Below are positions 28,400 through 38,518 of a DNA stretch of 64,000 bases, one piece after another. Location of the stretch: contig JAJSZR010000001.1 in assembly GCA_030262715.1 (NCBI GenBank), positions 2,188-66,187 of the forward strand, in the 5' to 3' direction. Both the position numbers and the translations under genes were made by a program. Positions within the stretch are counted from its first letter, which is position 1. Each line of letters opens with the position of its first letter. The DNA comes from Deltaproteobacteria bacterium (GTDB lineage: Bacteria > Desulfobacterota > Dissulfuribacteria > Dissulfuribacterales > UBA3076). The notes under the pieces were generated by a model, which saw nothing but the letters and a program-made list of their open reading frames with translations, was not told where the DNA came from and made no database searches.

Positions 28400-28592
28400 T
28401 TACATCCCAAAATTTCAAATGTATAATTATATTTTCGCCATAAATATTGTAACTACTCAGTAAAATCAGAGAAATTTACTTAATTCATCTTGAGGTGTCA
28501 ACCTGACGCCTTTTTCGGTAGTGGGTTAGTTTGAAAATTAAAATTTGAGTTTTCTTCTTGAATTGCTTGACCGCTTATGCTATTTTTTCGAT

Positions 28593-28844
28593 ATGGTTAA
28601 AAAATCCAAAAAGAAAAAACGTTCTGCCGATCTCAATTTGTTGGCTGCCAGTATAGTTGAAGAAGCCACAAATGACCAGCCTATCGTTGATACCAGCGGT
28701 AAAAATCCTAATGCCGTAGCTCTTGGTCGTCTTGGAGGTTTAAAAGGCGGTAAAGCTAGAGCTAAAAAGCTTACCAAAGAACAGAGAAGTGGAATAGCTA
28801 GGAAAGCTGCTATAGTGAGATGGGCTAAACAACAACCAAAATAA
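28593..28844 (+). CDS. small basic protein with KGG...ARKAA..RW tail (function unknown)
   Basis: Starts at the internal ATG (MVKKSKKKKR). The C-terminal LGRLGGLKGGKARAKKLTKEQRSGIARKAAIVRW recurs in many small orphan proteins. No domain assignment. Confidence 0.45.
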   Translation: MVKKSKKKKRSADLNLLAASIVEEATNDQPIVDTSGKNPNAVALGRLGGLKGGKARAKKLTKEQRSGIARKAAIVRWAKQQPK

Positions 28845-28904
28845 GTTACAATAAAAATACTTACCTACCACTTTGAACATCTTTGTTTAAGGACAAGCAC
28901 AGCG

Positions 28905-29072
28905 ATGAGGGAAATCATCCAACCCCTTTCAGAAAAATGGTCCTTGCGTGATGCCGATCTCTGGCATCTTGCAGCGGCAAAAAGCCTTCAGGAGCAGCTT
29001 CCGGAATTGTTACTATTCACTTTCGATCTCCAGCTAAAAGCAGCGGCAGAGGGTGAGAAAATGCATGCCTGA
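28905..29072 (+). pseudogene. C-terminal remnant of a PIN-domain (VapC-like) toxin
   Basis: The 55-codon ORF ...LRDADLWHLAAAKSL....LLLFTFDLQLKAAAEGE matches the last PIN segment (DA.HLA.A....L.T.D..L..AA). The first roughly 80 codons, with the other acidic residues, are absent. Confidence 0.45.
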
Positions 29073-29196
29073 ACTAAGGACATGCAAAGCATCCAAAGGA
29101 CGGGATTTGCAGAAGGCTACTCTATTCTATGCGTTAAATTTTTACCAGAACTGAAGAACTCTTGAACAGATTGACGGGAAAGAGGTATAAAATATA

Positions 29197-29724
29197 ATGG
29201 CACTTACTTGTGATTCCTCCATATTCGTAAAAATCCCATGTTATTTTACCGGGAAACTGGTGCTTGATACGGATAGGGAAAGGATCAGACAGAAAATGGC
29301 CCCGTTCCTGATAAAGGAGCTTGGCTACAGGATTTCGGACTTCCAGCTTGACAGGGAAATCATGATTGAAATCGACAGGCAGAAGGTACTCTGCCTGGCG
29401 GATTTAGTGGTGTATATTGACGGTCGCTTTCTCATGGTTATCAGGTGTGGACCGGGCTCTGTAGTTACCCGGGAATCGGGTACTATTGCGGTTGCCCGGC
29501 TCCTTGAGGCTGATTACATAATACCCTGGGCGGTCCAGGCCAGCCTTATTGAGGCCGCCCTGCTGGATGTCCGGAAAAAACGGGCAGTTGCTTATGGCTG
29601 GGATGCAATACCTTCCAGGTCCAAACTCCTTGAAATGACCTCTGACTGGCCTCCTCCACAGCTTCCGGAAAAGCGCATACCAGTGGAACGTCAGATTCTA
29701 TACTCCTATGATACACATGGGTGA
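29197..29724 (+). CDS. hypothetical protein, possibly HsdR_N-like (type I restriction N-terminal nuclease-like domain)
   Basis: The pattern ...KELGY......LDREIMIEI.......LADLVVYIDGRFLMVIRC resembles the HSDR_N_2 core. A weak, unverified call. Confidence 0.35.
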   Translation: MALTCDSSIFVKIPCYFTGKLVLDTDRERIRQKMAPFLIKELGYRISDFQLDREIMIEIDRQKVLCLADLVVYIDGRFLMVIRCGPGSVVTRESGTIAVARLLEADYIIPWAVQASLIEAALLDVRKKRAVAYGWDAIPSRSKLLEMTSDWPPPQLPEKRIPVERQILYSYDTHG

Positions 29725-29789
29725 AAGAACCGTTTAAAGACGTCAGGCGACGTCTTAATATGCAAGTAGTGGAAAGCGATTAGTTAAAG

Positions 29790-31382
29790 GTGCCCTGGTT
29801 ACTCGCTTCATTCTCAGGCCTCCTGTTGAGTGTCTGTTTTCCACCTTTTTCATGTTTTCCCGCAGTTGCGCTGGCCCTTGTGCCCTTGATAGAGGCCGCA
29901 TGGGGCAAGGAATGGCATTATGCCTGGCGGATGGGATTCCTGGCCGGTATTGTCCATTTTGGCACACTCCTGTGGTGGATATCGCCTACCATTTCCCAGT
30001 ATGGGAATCTGTCCGGTTGGGTTGCATGGCCTGTGTTTGGTTTACTGGTGTGCTATCTGGCTATTTATCCTGCTATCTGGTCCGGTCTTGTTGGGTATTG
30101 GACTGCCGGCAGGTCCCGCCTGCCTTCATCACTTGCCCTTGCCGGGACCTGGACTCTGCTTGAGTGGGCCAGGGGCCATGTGTTGAGCGGATTTCCCTGG
30201 GGATACCTGGCCTACACTCTGGGACCTGTTCCATCTCTGATCCAGACAGCAGAGATCTGGGGACCTTACGGCCTTACTTTCTTGATTGTTTTGCTGAATG
30301 TATTGATCTGGAAGTTCTGTAAGTGCCTTCTGAATATAGGCGCAAAGGATTCGGTTTTTTTACAAACTAAGCGGGTAAGGCTGGCCCAACTGGGCCTGTT
30401 TCTGGTCTGCCTGGCGGGTCTATGGTTTTTTGGCAAATGGCGGATGGAAGAGATTGCTCATAATGATAAACGACTTCCTGAACTCAGGGTCGCTGCCATA
30501 CAGGGTGCAATTCCACAAGAAAGGAAGTGGAATCCGGCTTTTCAAGTTGCGACACTCAACACTTATGGTAAGCTCAGTTTAAACGCCACTGAAAGACTCG
30601 ATAACTCGGAAGTGAACCGGGACAACGGGGTCAAGGCATCTTCCAGGCTGGTTGTCTGGCCAGAGACCGCCGCACCTTTTTATTTTCAGGTTCCAAGTCC
30701 ATTAAATGAAAAGGTTCGATCCGTGGCGAGGGATCTTGATGTTGCCCTGTTGTTCGGGAGCCCTGCATACCGTTTTAATAGCGCAGGGAAAGCAGAATGC
30801 TTGAACAGTGTCTATCTCCTTGACCCTGTTGGTGCTATTGCAGGAAGATATGACAAGAGGCACCTGGTCCCATTTGGGGAGTATCTGCCCTGGGGATGGG
30901 TAACTGCGTGGGCCCGGGGCCTTATACCAGCAATAGGCCAATTCAGTTCTGGAATCACATCCAGGCCCCTTTCTTGCGGGGATCTTCGTATTGGCGTATT
31001 AATATGTTTTGAGAGCATATTCCCGACTCTCAGCAGGGAAACTGTACTGGAAGGGGCCAACTTCCTGGCCGTTCTCACAAATGATGCCTGGTTTGGCCGT
31101 ACAGGAGCACCTTATCAGCATGAGATCATGGCGATATTTCGGGCTGTTGAGACACGTAGGTGGGTGGTTCGAGCAGCCAATACAGGCGTCAGCTCACTGA
31201 TCAGCCCATATGGCGTGAGAACGGCAAAAACTTCGCTGTTTGAGCCATGTTATATAGAAGGGCGAATTCACCTTCGCAAAGGTCACACTTTTTATGTAAA
31301 ATACGGAGAAATATGGTTATTATTATTTTGTCTATTTTGGGCAGTAGTTCCATTCTGGAGAAAAGTCCCAAAGGAGGTATGA
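29790..31382 (+). CDS. lnt: apolipoprotein N-acyltransferase
   Basis: GTG start, N-terminal polytopic domain and a C-terminal CN-hydrolase domain (VVWPETA, ICFES). Confidence 0.9.
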   Translation: MPWLLASFSGLLLSVCFPPFSCFPAVALALVPLIEAAWGKEWHYAWRMGFLAGIVHFGTLLWWISPTISQYGNLSGWVAWPVFGLLVCYLAIYPAIWSGLVGYWTAGRSRLPSSLALAGTWTLLEWARGHVLSGFPWGYLAYTLGPVPSLIQTAEIWGPYGLTFLIVLLNVLIWKFCKCLLNIGAKDSVFLQTKRVRLAQLGLFLVCLAGLWFFGKWRMEEIAHNDKRLPELRVAAIQGAIPQERKWNPAFQVATLNTYGKLSLNATERLDNSEVNRDNGVKASSRLVVWPETAAPFYFQVPSPLNEKVRSVARDLDVALLFGSPAYRFNSAGKAECLNSVYLLDPVGAIAGRYDKRHLVPFGEYLPWGWVTAWARGLIPAIGQFSSGITSRPLSCGDLRIGVLICFESIFPTLSRETVLEGANFLAVLTNDAWFGRTGAPYQHEIMAIFRAVETRRWVVRAANTGVSSLISPYGVRTAKTSLFEPCYIEGRIHLRKGHTFYVKYGEIWLLLFCLFWAVVPFWRKVPKEV

Positions 31383-31383
31383 G

Positions 31384-32512
31384 ATGAATACAACTACAGA
31401 TAAAACAACAATAAATATACAGGAATTAAAGGAGCACTTGCATGATCTTAATGGACGTTTAGAGCTCCTGAGGGGTTATCTTTGATCAGGAAAGCCTGGA
31501 TAAACGTCTTGCTGAAATAGACAAGGAGATGCTCCGTCAGGATTTCTGGGAAGACCCTAAATCCAAGGAATTTTTAAAGGAGCGTTCTTTACTAATAGAG
31601 CAAAAAGAGAATTTAGATAAACTTTCCGGGCAGTATGAAGAGCTTCGATTACTGCTTGAAATGGCAGAAGAGGAAGAGGATTTATCGGTCCTTAAAGATG
31701 TAAGTGATGGACTGAAGGAACTTGATGGAGAGATACACGGGGTTGAACTCTCAAGACTTCTTTCAGGTTCGCACGATCGCAATAATGCTATTGTAACAAT
31801 TCATGCCGGGGCAGGAGGGACCGAGGCCCAGGACTGGGCCGAGATGTTACTGAGAATGTATCTCCGTTGGTGCGATAGGCGGGGGGTTAAAGTCAAAATG
31901 TTGGATCTCATGCCGGGAGATGAGGCCGGTACGAAGAGTGTAACATTTCTGGCTGAGGGACTTTATACATATGGCTATCTGAAATCTGAGGCCGGTGTGC
32001 ACCGTCTTGTCCGCATTTCGCCTTTTGATGCCCTGGGTAGACGGCATACCTCCTTTGCCTCTGTATTTGTAGCTCCAGAGCTGGATGAGACCATTGAAGT
32101 GGATATAAATGAAAAGGATCTACGTATAGATACATACCGGGCTAGTGGAGCCGGTGGGCAACACGTTAACAAGACAAGTTCCGCTGTCCGCATCACTCAC
32201 TTACCAACCGGGATAGTTGTCCAGTGTCAGAATCAGAGGTCCCAACATAGAAACAGGGCTATTGCCATGAAGATCCTGCAGGCCAGGCTCTTCGAACGAG
32301 AAAGGGCAAAGAAGGATACGGAGAGGCAACAGGCCCATGAGGAGAAGAAGGAGATAGCTTGGGGAAGCCAGATCAGGTCCTATGTGCTCCAACCTTATCA
32401 ACTAATCAAGGACCATCGCACAGGCTTAGAGATAGGCAATGTGGGTGAAGTGCTGAACGGGTATCTGGATCCGTTTATCGAGGCATACTTGCAGGATCAG
32501 GCTTCAGTGTAA
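31384..32512 (+). CDS. prfB: peptide chain release factor 2, join(31384..31482,31484..32512) via programmed +1 frameshift
   Basis: Frame 0 gives MNTTTDKTTINIQELKEHLHDLNGRLELLRGYL, then CTT TGA. The +1 frame continues DQESLDKRLAEIDKEM... into the 327-aa ORF with SPF and GGQ (GAGGQHVN) motifs. AAGGAGG RBS at 31371-31377. Confidence 0.93.
31471..31486 (+). promoter_or_regulatory. RF2 autoregulatory +1 frameshift site
   Basis: AGGGGT TAT CTT TGA T: an internal SD-like AGGGG, 3 nt, then the slippery CTT (31480-31482) and an in-frame TGA (31483-31485). Confidence 0.9.
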
Positions 32513-33432
32513 CGAATTTCTCCAGAATTAATTCTGACCTCTTCGCCATTATCCAGGGTTAGTTTGAGGCTTCCGTCAGGTGCAAGTCCTTGAGCTAAGG
32601 CTTCAAGCTCTGGATTGATTTCAGCATTCAGGCCATAGATCACCCTGCGCCCCGGAGTGTCGCTCAGGAGATTCCAGTCTCTTATTACAGGGTTTTGGGG
32701 CAGGTAGCCAGGTTCAGTATTCAGGCAGTCGGATTCCCATTGGTGAATAAGTCCGAAGATCCAGCCGATCCGTGCCAGGATTTGGGCTGCAAGCTCTTTT
32801 GTGGGCCAGTGTTTACCTGTAGTTATGGAAAGAGATGTGGCAAATACGAGGTCTTCAGGAAAAGTCTCTATATTTGCGTTGATCCCTATGCCAAAGAGGA
32901 GATATGTCTGACCGGAATTGGGTGCCCTGACTGCTTCTGCGAGAATGCCGGTTATCTTGCGCCCCTTTATTAATATGTCATTAATCCAGCGGATACTTGA
33001 AAAGACTTCTCTCTCCCTCAAGACTTGGGCAATAGCCACTCCTATCCCCAAATTGTAAAAAGACCAATTCTCAGTAAGAAGTGATGGATACAGGGCCAGA
33101 CATAAATATAGCCCCCCCTTGGGAGCCCACCAGTTTCGTCCTATTCTGCCCCGGGCCTGGACAAGAGAGTCTGCCCACCAGACGCAGCCAGATGACAGAT
33201 CAGTTCCATTACTGTCGGCTTGGAGTATAGCCTGCTTAGCAAGGGGCATAAGCCTGTCAGCCCTTTTGTAATAATAGACTTCGTGGCCGACGACCCTCGC
33301 CCTTCTAAGGATTTTTTTTCTTGTTTTTGCATCCAGATTAGTATTTATGACAGAGTCCCGAATCTGATAATGCGTGATGAGACTTTTAAGCTCCTCGGCC
33401 TGCAGTGTGTTTCTTGACACTGGTTTAGTCAC
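32497..33432 (-). CDS. birA: biotin-[acetyl-CoA-carboxylase] ligase
   Basis: GTG start. BPL catalytic motif QARGRIGRNWWAPKGGLY (GRGRxGRxW type). Its 3-prime end overlaps prfB convergently by 16 nt. Confidence 0.8.
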   Translation of the reverse strand: MTKPVSRNTLQAEELKSLITHYQIRDSVINTNLDAKTRKKILRRARVVGHEVYYYKRADRLMPLAKQAILQADSNGTDLSSGCVWWADSLVQARGRIGRNWWAPKGGLYLCLALYPSLLTENWSFYNLGIGVAIAQVLREREVFSSIRWINDILIKGRKITGILAEAVRAPNSGQTYLLFGIGINANIETFPEDLVFATSLSITTGKHWPTKELAAQILARIGWIFGLIHQWESDCLNTEPGYLPQNPVIRDWNLLSDTPGRRVIYGLNAEINPELEALAQGLAPDGSLKLTLDNGEEVRINSGEIRYTEA

Positions 33433-33539
33433 AACTCATAATATTATACATTACACAGTCACAAATTGCGCCTTTGCGTGAAAAATTTCTTTTTTGGCCT
33501 GTTTTGGCACCTATTTGTTCTTTTGGAGGATATTAAACC

Positions 33540-34343
33540 ATGATACGCCAACCTGCTGTAGCTGACCAGTTTTATGATGGAAATCCTATCCGGCTTCACT
33601 ATGAGCTTGGTAAGTTAATAGGTCCTATAAAGGAAGCAAGATCCGCAAAGGCTATAGTTGCGCCTCATGCCGGTTATATGTATTCCGGGGCCGTGGCCGG
33701 AGGAGCTTATGCCCAGGTCGATGTACCTGAAACCGTTGTCATTTTGGGTCCGAGCCATACAGGAGTTGGATCTCCGGCAGCAGTAATGACCAAGGGGGCA
33801 TGGTCTATGCCTATGGGCACTGTCCCCATCTCAGAAAACCTTGCAGCCCAGATGGTCGAATTCTCTGATTATCTTGAAGATGATGCACTGGCACATACTT
33901 ACGAGCATTCACTGGAGGTCCAGATACCATTCCTGCAATACCGTCAGCCAAATTTGAGTATAGTTCCTGTTTGTCTTAAGAACCTGCCTTTTGCTGTATG
34001 TAAAGAGATAGGCTCTACAATAGCAGAAGCGGTGAAACAGGCAGGAAAACCTGTATTGTTGGTTGCCAGCACCGACATGACTCATTATGAGCCCCAGGAG
34101 CAGGCCCAGTCCAAAGATCGCCTCGCTATTGATAAAATCCTCGCCTTAGACCCCCAGGGTCTTTTGGAAACCGTAAGAGGACATAATATATCAATGTGTG
34201 GAGTAATACCGACTACTGTAACTCTGGTGGCGTCTCTGGTATTAGGAGCAAGTTCCGCTAAACTGATTCGATATGCTACGTCCGGCGACGTGACAGGAGA
34301 CTATACACAGGTCGTTGGATATGCGAGTTTTGTTATTGAATAA
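33540..34343 (+). CDS. amrB: AmmeMemoRadiSam system protein B (Memo-like)
   Basis: Starts MIRQPAVADQFYDGNP, then APHAGYMYSG, HSLEVQIPFL and STDMTHY. Confidence 0.85.
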   Translation: MIRQPAVADQFYDGNPIRLHYELGKLIGPIKEARSAKAIVAPHAGYMYSGAVAGGAYAQVDVPETVVILGPSHTGVGSPAAVMTKGAWSMPMGTVPISENLAAQMVEFSDYLEDDALAHTYEHSLEVQIPFLQYRQPNLSIVPVCLKNLPFAVCKEIGSTIAEAVKQAGKPVLLVASTDMTHYEPQEQAQSKDRLAIDKILALDPQGLLETVRGHNISMCGVIPTTVTLVASLVLGASSAKLIRYATSGDVTGDYTQVVGYASFVIE

Positions 34344-34350
34344 TGGGCTT

Positions 34351-34498
34351 CCTTCATTTACCAGTTTACATTTTTTTCGAAAAAGTGTGTATTATCGAAT
34401 TGAATGCCGATATCGAAACTGGAAATTTGAAATTAGGTAACGCATTTACATCTTTGTGTTTTTCCCAATTTCAAGTTTCAAGTTTCAAATTTCACTGC
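34351..34498 (-). repeat. heptamer-periodic hairpin element, copy 2 (inverted relative to 6016-6175)
   Basis: ccttcatttaccagtttacatttttttcgaaaaagtgtgtattatcgaattgaatgccgatatcgaaactgg aligns to the reverse complement of 6100-6175. Arms cgaaactggaaatttgaaattagg and ccaatttcaagtttcaagtttcaaatttc are complementary. Confidence 0.75.
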
Positions 34499-34570
34499 CA
34501 AAATACAAGATCAACAAATGGTAACTACTTTTGACTTGTCGTGAAGGATGCCGAATAATAATTATGGATA

Positions 34571-34599
34571 TTGACTTATAATCCTAAAATTTCTATATA
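34571..34599 (+). promoter_or_regulatory. sigma-70-type promoter for tRNA-Gln
   Basis: TTGACT (34571-34576), a 17-nt spacer, TATATA (34594-34599), 19 nt before the tRNA 5-prime end. A second candidate is TTGACT (34531-34536)-17 nt-AATAAT (34554-34559). Confidence 0.55.
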
Positions 34600-34618
34600 G
34601 CTCACTTAAATATTCTGC

Positions 34619-34692
34619 TGGGGGATCGTCTAATGGCAGGACTGCAGGCTCTGAATCTGCCTATCTAGGTTCGAATCCTAGTCCCCCAGCCA
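34619..34692 (+). tRNA. tRNA-Gln (anticodon CTG), CCA encoded
   Basis: Hand-folded cloverleaf. Acceptor TGGGGGA/TCCCCCA, D stem GTCT/GGAC, anticodon stem GCAGG/TCTGC with loop CT-CTG-AA, T arm CTAGG-TTCGAAT-CCTAG, discriminator G, then CCA. Confidence 0.9.
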
Positions 34693-35563
34693 TTTTATAT
34701 TTCGATTTTGTAGCGAAGGTCTCACTGTCTGAAAGACCATGGCCTTGACCTTGATTCGAATTTGCCAAACTATACTCCCTCTCTAACATATGAGCTAATT
34801 CCTTCAGGCGTTTTTCCAGAATTCTCAGTCCGGATTTTGCCTCTCCGCAGTCCGGATTTATCTTAAGGGCCTCAACAAAGGCCATCCGAGCTTCTGCGTA
34901 CCAACTGCCTTCCAGATAACTTTCCCCTGTCATGCAGTAAGCCTCGTCAAGACCTGAAGGGAACATGGCATCAAGCGTCTGATTCAGTCCACCGCTTTTT
35001 TGCCAGAGTTTATTTATGTCTGACTTATGTTCGAGCATAAATTGTACGAGTAAAGAGTTGTTTCGCTCAGTCAGGAGCAGTGATTTCAGATGTTCAGCAG
35101 CATACACGAAAAGGTCTTCGAGTCTGTTTATTCCACGCTGTATGTCTTCCAGTGTCTCTTCAAAGAACTGTTGGCAGTTTTCCTGCCAATCGTAAGTAGT
35201 GGTCGTCGAGGCAACCTGATAGGCAGGATGATAGCGATCTACCATGTAGACATTTTCCTTTAGCTTCATGGCCTCATGGAATATGGCCCCAACCATCCAG
35301 TCGAAGAAAAATGGTTCTGGTTGATTGTTCGGGTCAATATCTTTCCAGAGGCGGTGGCAGGTATCCTTTAATACCCATAGTGTCCCTCGATCTTTTTGTG
35401 TCCCAACCCAATTGTCCAGACCTTGAAAGGAGATACCTTTATCTCTGTATTTTTTTTCAATTTCCAGGAAAAAGGCGTATGAATGAATGAAGTCTCTCAA
35501 CACGTTCTTTACAAAGAGGTCTCTTCGTTCCTCCAGCCAAGACTGTTTATATATGTTTTTCAT
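34661..35563 (-). CDS. hypothetical protein with TPR-like C-terminal segment
   Basis: The start is moved to MKNIYKQSW (35563), 2 nt after the EamA stop. The 77 upstream codons of the 377-aa ORF overlap the EamA gene. The last 32 nt run antisense through the tRNA-Gln 3-prime half (...GGLGFEPR*). Confidence 0.55.
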   Translation of the reverse strand: MKNIYKQSWLEERRDLFVKNVLRDFIHSYAFFLEIEKKYRDKGISFQGLDNWVGTQKDRGTLWVLKDTCHRLWKDIDPNNQPEPFFFDWMVGAIFHEAMKLKENVYMVDRYHPAYQVASTTTTYDWQENCQQFFEETLEDIQRGINRLEDLFVYAAEHLKSLLLTERNNSLLVQFMLEHKSDINKLWQKSGGLNQTLDAMFPSGLDEAYCMTGESYLEGSWYAEARMAFVEALKINPDCGEAKSGLRILEKRLKELAHMLEREYSLANSNQGQGHGLSDSETFATKSKYKMAGGLGFEPR

Positions 35564-35565
35564 TA

Positions 35566-36480
35566 TTAACCTGCCAAAACTATGATTCCCACACCCAGCA
35601 CCATTAGACTTGCTCCGGCTAAGCGTTGGGTGATCTCTTTTTCTTTGAATATAAGTTTTCCGTAAATGACACTGAAGATCAGGCTGGTCCTTTTTACGGC
35701 AATCATATAGGCTGCTGTGATCAGATGAATTGCCCACATGTGACTGAGTACCATTATTGTCTGGGTAAGACCAATTGCCCACCAGGCGCCCCATGGATTT
35801 CTGCCGGTTTTTTTAAGGGGCCATAGGGGGCCTGATTGTTTATCGTTTGAACCAAACCCATTGGTTACCCAGCGGAGTGCCCCGAGGCTCAACGGAGTGA
35901 CTATCCCCAGTAACACAAAATAAAAACAGGCAAAGAATACCGGATCAGAGTGTTGAATCGCTTTTTTTCCCAGTACGGAAGTAAGGCTGTATATCCCGGC
36001 AACTGCCAGCATGAGCCTTGATCCTTGCTCTCTGGCAATGGCCTTTAATGGCTCAAGAACCCCCTTCCTGCTGGCTTTGATATGGAGGACATAGGCCCCG
36101 GTTACAGTACACAGTATACCCAGGAGTCCCGCCGTGGTCACCTTTTCATCCAGAACCAGCCAGCCGGTCAGTACAATGAATACAGGAGTGAAGGCGAGGA
36201 AGGGTATGCTGAGCGACAGTGGAGAGACCCTGAGTGCCTGCATATATAATAGCAAGGCAAGGATCTCAAAAGGGACCAGAAAGCCCACTGTTTGCCAGAA
36301 AACCAGGTCAGTTTCCGGCCAGGATATCGCGAGGAGCAGGGGCAGCAAAAATGGAATTGGGGCAGTAGATTTCACTATAGCCATACTCCCTGGAGACAGA
36401 TGGGCAAACCAGGCCTTCAGGATAGTATCTCCTGTGGCAGTGGCCAAAGCAGTCAAGAGGGCTGCGGGAAACCAGTTCAC
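35566..36480 (-). CDS. EamA/DMT-family transporter
   Basis: 304 aa with about 10 TM helices in two EamA-like halves. Confidence 0.75.
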   Translation of the reverse strand: MNWFPAALLTALATATGDTILKAWFAHLSPGSMAIVKSTAPIPFLLPLLLAISWPETDLVFWQTVGFLVPFEILALLLYMQALRVSPLSLSIPFLAFTPVFIVLTGWLVLDEKVTTAGLLGILCTVTGAYVLHIKASRKGVLEPLKAIAREQGSRLMLAVAGIYSLTSVLGKKAIQHSDPVFFACFYFVLLGIVTPLSLGALRWVTNGFGSNDKQSGPLWPLKKTGRNPWGAWWAIGLTQTIMVLSHMWAIHLITAAYMIAVKRTSLIFSVIYGKLIFKEKEITQRLAGASLMVLGVGIIVLAG

Positions 36481-36499
36481 CCGCTATTTTCCATATTTT

Positions 36500-37366
36500 T
36501 TATATCCCTTCCTGATGTCCGGCCATGGAGTGAAGCCTGCGTATACGTTCCTGGATGGGAGGGTGAGTGCTGAACAGCTTTGCAACTGACGCGGCTGTGA
36601 GGGGGTTAACGATATACATTTGCGCAGTTGCTGGGTTTACCTCCATGGGCAGACGGTGATTCCATTCATCCAATTTTTTAAGGGCGTTGGCCAGGGACAT
36701 CGGATGGTTACATATTTTGGCCCCTGTGGCATCAGCCTGATACTCTCTGCTCCTGGATATGGCCATCTGAATAAGGGCTGCAGCTATGGGCGCTATGATC
36801 ATCATGATCAGTCCTCCTACCAGACCGCCTGCACCCTCATCGTCATCGGATCTGCCAAAACCCCCGAACAGCATGGCCCACTGGGCCATAGTGGCAATAT
36901 AGCTTATGGCCCCTGCAATGACAGCAGCTATGGAGCTGATCAGTATATCCCTGTTGCGGATATGGGCGAATTCGTGGGCCAGTACCCCTTCCAACTCCTC
37001 TCGGTTGAGGAGCCGCAGGATACCCTCTGTGACCGCGACCGCAGCGTGATCAGGGTTTCGCCCAGTGGCAAAGGCATTAGGAGTCTGCTGGGCTATGAGG
37101 TAAACCTTCGGCTTAGGTATCCCGGCTTTCTCTGCAAGTCCTGCTACTATAGAATGGAGCTGAGGGGTCTCTGCTTCAGAGACCTCCCTGGCCCTGCTCA
37201 TCTTCAGGGCAAGCTTGTCACTGTACCAGTAAGCAAAGAAGTTTATCACGCCGGCCATTACCAGGGCTACGGTCATACCTGAGCGGCCACCCAGTGCCCC
37301 TCCGACGAATAGAAAGAGAGCCGTGAGGGCAGCCAAAAAAATGAATGTCTTAAACGTATTGTACAT
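36500..37366 (-). CDS. htpX: zinc metalloprotease HtpX
   Basis: [10 protein letters not shown] (HExxH) between TM helices, and [11 protein letters not shown]. Peptidase M48 layout. Confidence 0.9.
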   Translation of the reverse strand: MYNTFKTFIFLAALTALFLFVGGALGGRSGMTVALVMAGVINFFAYWYSDKLALKMSRAREVSEAETPQLHSIVAGLAEKAGIPKPKVYLIAQQTPNAFATGRNPDHAAVAVTEGILRLLNREELEGVLAHEFAHIRNRDILISSIAAVIAGAISYIATMAQWAMLFGGFGRSDDDEGAGGLVGGLIMMIIAPIAAALIQMAISRSREYQADATGAKICNHPMSLANALKKLDEWNHRLPMEVNPATAQMYIVNPLTAASVAKLFSTHPPIQERIRRLHSMAGHQEGI

Positions 37367-37504
37367 GCTGTTAAATAATCCTCCAGAGGCTTTTCATAAA
37401 GTAAATTGATTTCAGAGCAATAGCTCTTCAGGGAATATGTCTATCCCCCAATATGATCATTTTACCGTCTCAAGGCAAGGGTCTGGTGTTTTGCAAAGAG
37501 GCTT

Positions 37505-38518
37505 CTAATCCTTGCCCTGCATGATATCCGTAGCCTTTTCCACATCCAGTTTGCTGCCCAAAAAGACTGGCACCCTCTCATGGAGGGCTGAGGGCTTTAT
37601 GTCCAAAATATTCTGTTCACCATCTGTGGCAGCCCCGCCCGCCAGCTTCAAAATATAGGCCATTGGAGCAACCTCGCACAAAAGGCGCAGCTTGCCCCTT
37701 GGCTTTGCAGGGTCTTTCTTGTCAGCCGGGTACATGAATATGCCGCCATATAGGAGGTTTCTATGGAAGTCAGCCACAAAAGAACCAATATACCTGGCTG
37801 CGTAAGGCTTTCCTCTCTCATTTTCCTGGCTCTTGAAATAATCCACTACCTTTTTTGTCCTTTCGTCCCAGTAACAGGTATATGCCTCGTTGACAGAGTA
37901 AACCTTTCCCCTTTCAGGGATCTTGATATTCTGGTGAGAGAGCAGAAATTCTCCTACTGACGGGTCAAGGGTAAAGCCATTCACACTCTTGCCTGTTGTA
38001 TAGACCAGCATTGTGCTGGGACCGTAAATGAAGTAGCCTGCCGCCACCTGCTTCGACCCACGGCGGAGGAAGTCGTCAAGGGTTACATAGGGCCTGTCAC
38101 TTACCTTTCGATGGATCGAGAAGATCGTGCCGATGTTGACATTTGCGTCGATGTTGGATGAGCCGTCCAGGGGATCGAAGGTCAGGAGATAGTCTTCCTT
38201 AGGCAGGTCTTCCGGGACCGTTATGATATCGGCGTTTTCTTCAGAGGACATGGCACAGACGACACCAGATCGCTCCATCCTATAGATAAGCACGTGGTTT
38301 GCAAAATCGTCCAGCTTGCGTACACGTTCCCCCTGCACATTGATATCACCCGTGAGACCCAGGATGTCCACAAGCCCCGCCTTATTGACCTCTCGGGATA
38401 TGATCTTCGCCGCGAAGATAAGCTCTTGCAAAAGCCTTGTCAGCCGGCCTGTGGCTGCGGGGGATTCTTTCTGGTGAATCAACAGATGTTCAGTGACAGT
38501 AATGCCTAACCCCTTCAT
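37505..38518 (-). CDS. fbp: fructose-1,6-bisphosphatase class 1
   Basis: [11 protein letters not shown], a [13 protein letters not shown]-type block and YGGIFMYP. Confidence 0.9.
   Translation of the reverse strand: MKGLGITVTEHLLIHQKESPAATGRLTRLLQELIFAAKIISREVNKAGLVDILGLTGDINVQGERVRKLDDFANHVLIYRMERSGVVCAMSSEENADIITVPEDLPKEDYLLTFDPLDGSSNIDANVNIGTIFSIHRKVSDRPYVTLDDFLRRGSKQVAAGYFIYGPSTMLVYTTGKSVNGFTLDPSVGEFLLSHQNIKIPERGKVYSVNEAYTCYWDERTKKVVDYFKSQENERGKPYAARYIGSFVADFHRNLLYGGIFMYPADKKDPAKPRGKLRLLCEVAPMAYILKLAGGAATDGEQNILDIKPSALHERVPVFLGSKLDVEKATDIMQGKD

Noticed and set aside
33505-33520. Sigma-54 promoter-like TGGCAC upstream of the Memo-like gene
   Set aside because: With GG at 33506-33507, the -12 position reads TT, not GC (TGGCACCTATTTGTT). 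Spacing or sequence does not fit GG-N10-GC.
34661-35794. Full 377-aa ORF as the gene
   Set aside because: The first 77 codons overlap the 3-prime end of the EamA transporter gene in another frame and are low-complexity. The internal Met at 35563 follows the EamA stop by 2 nt.
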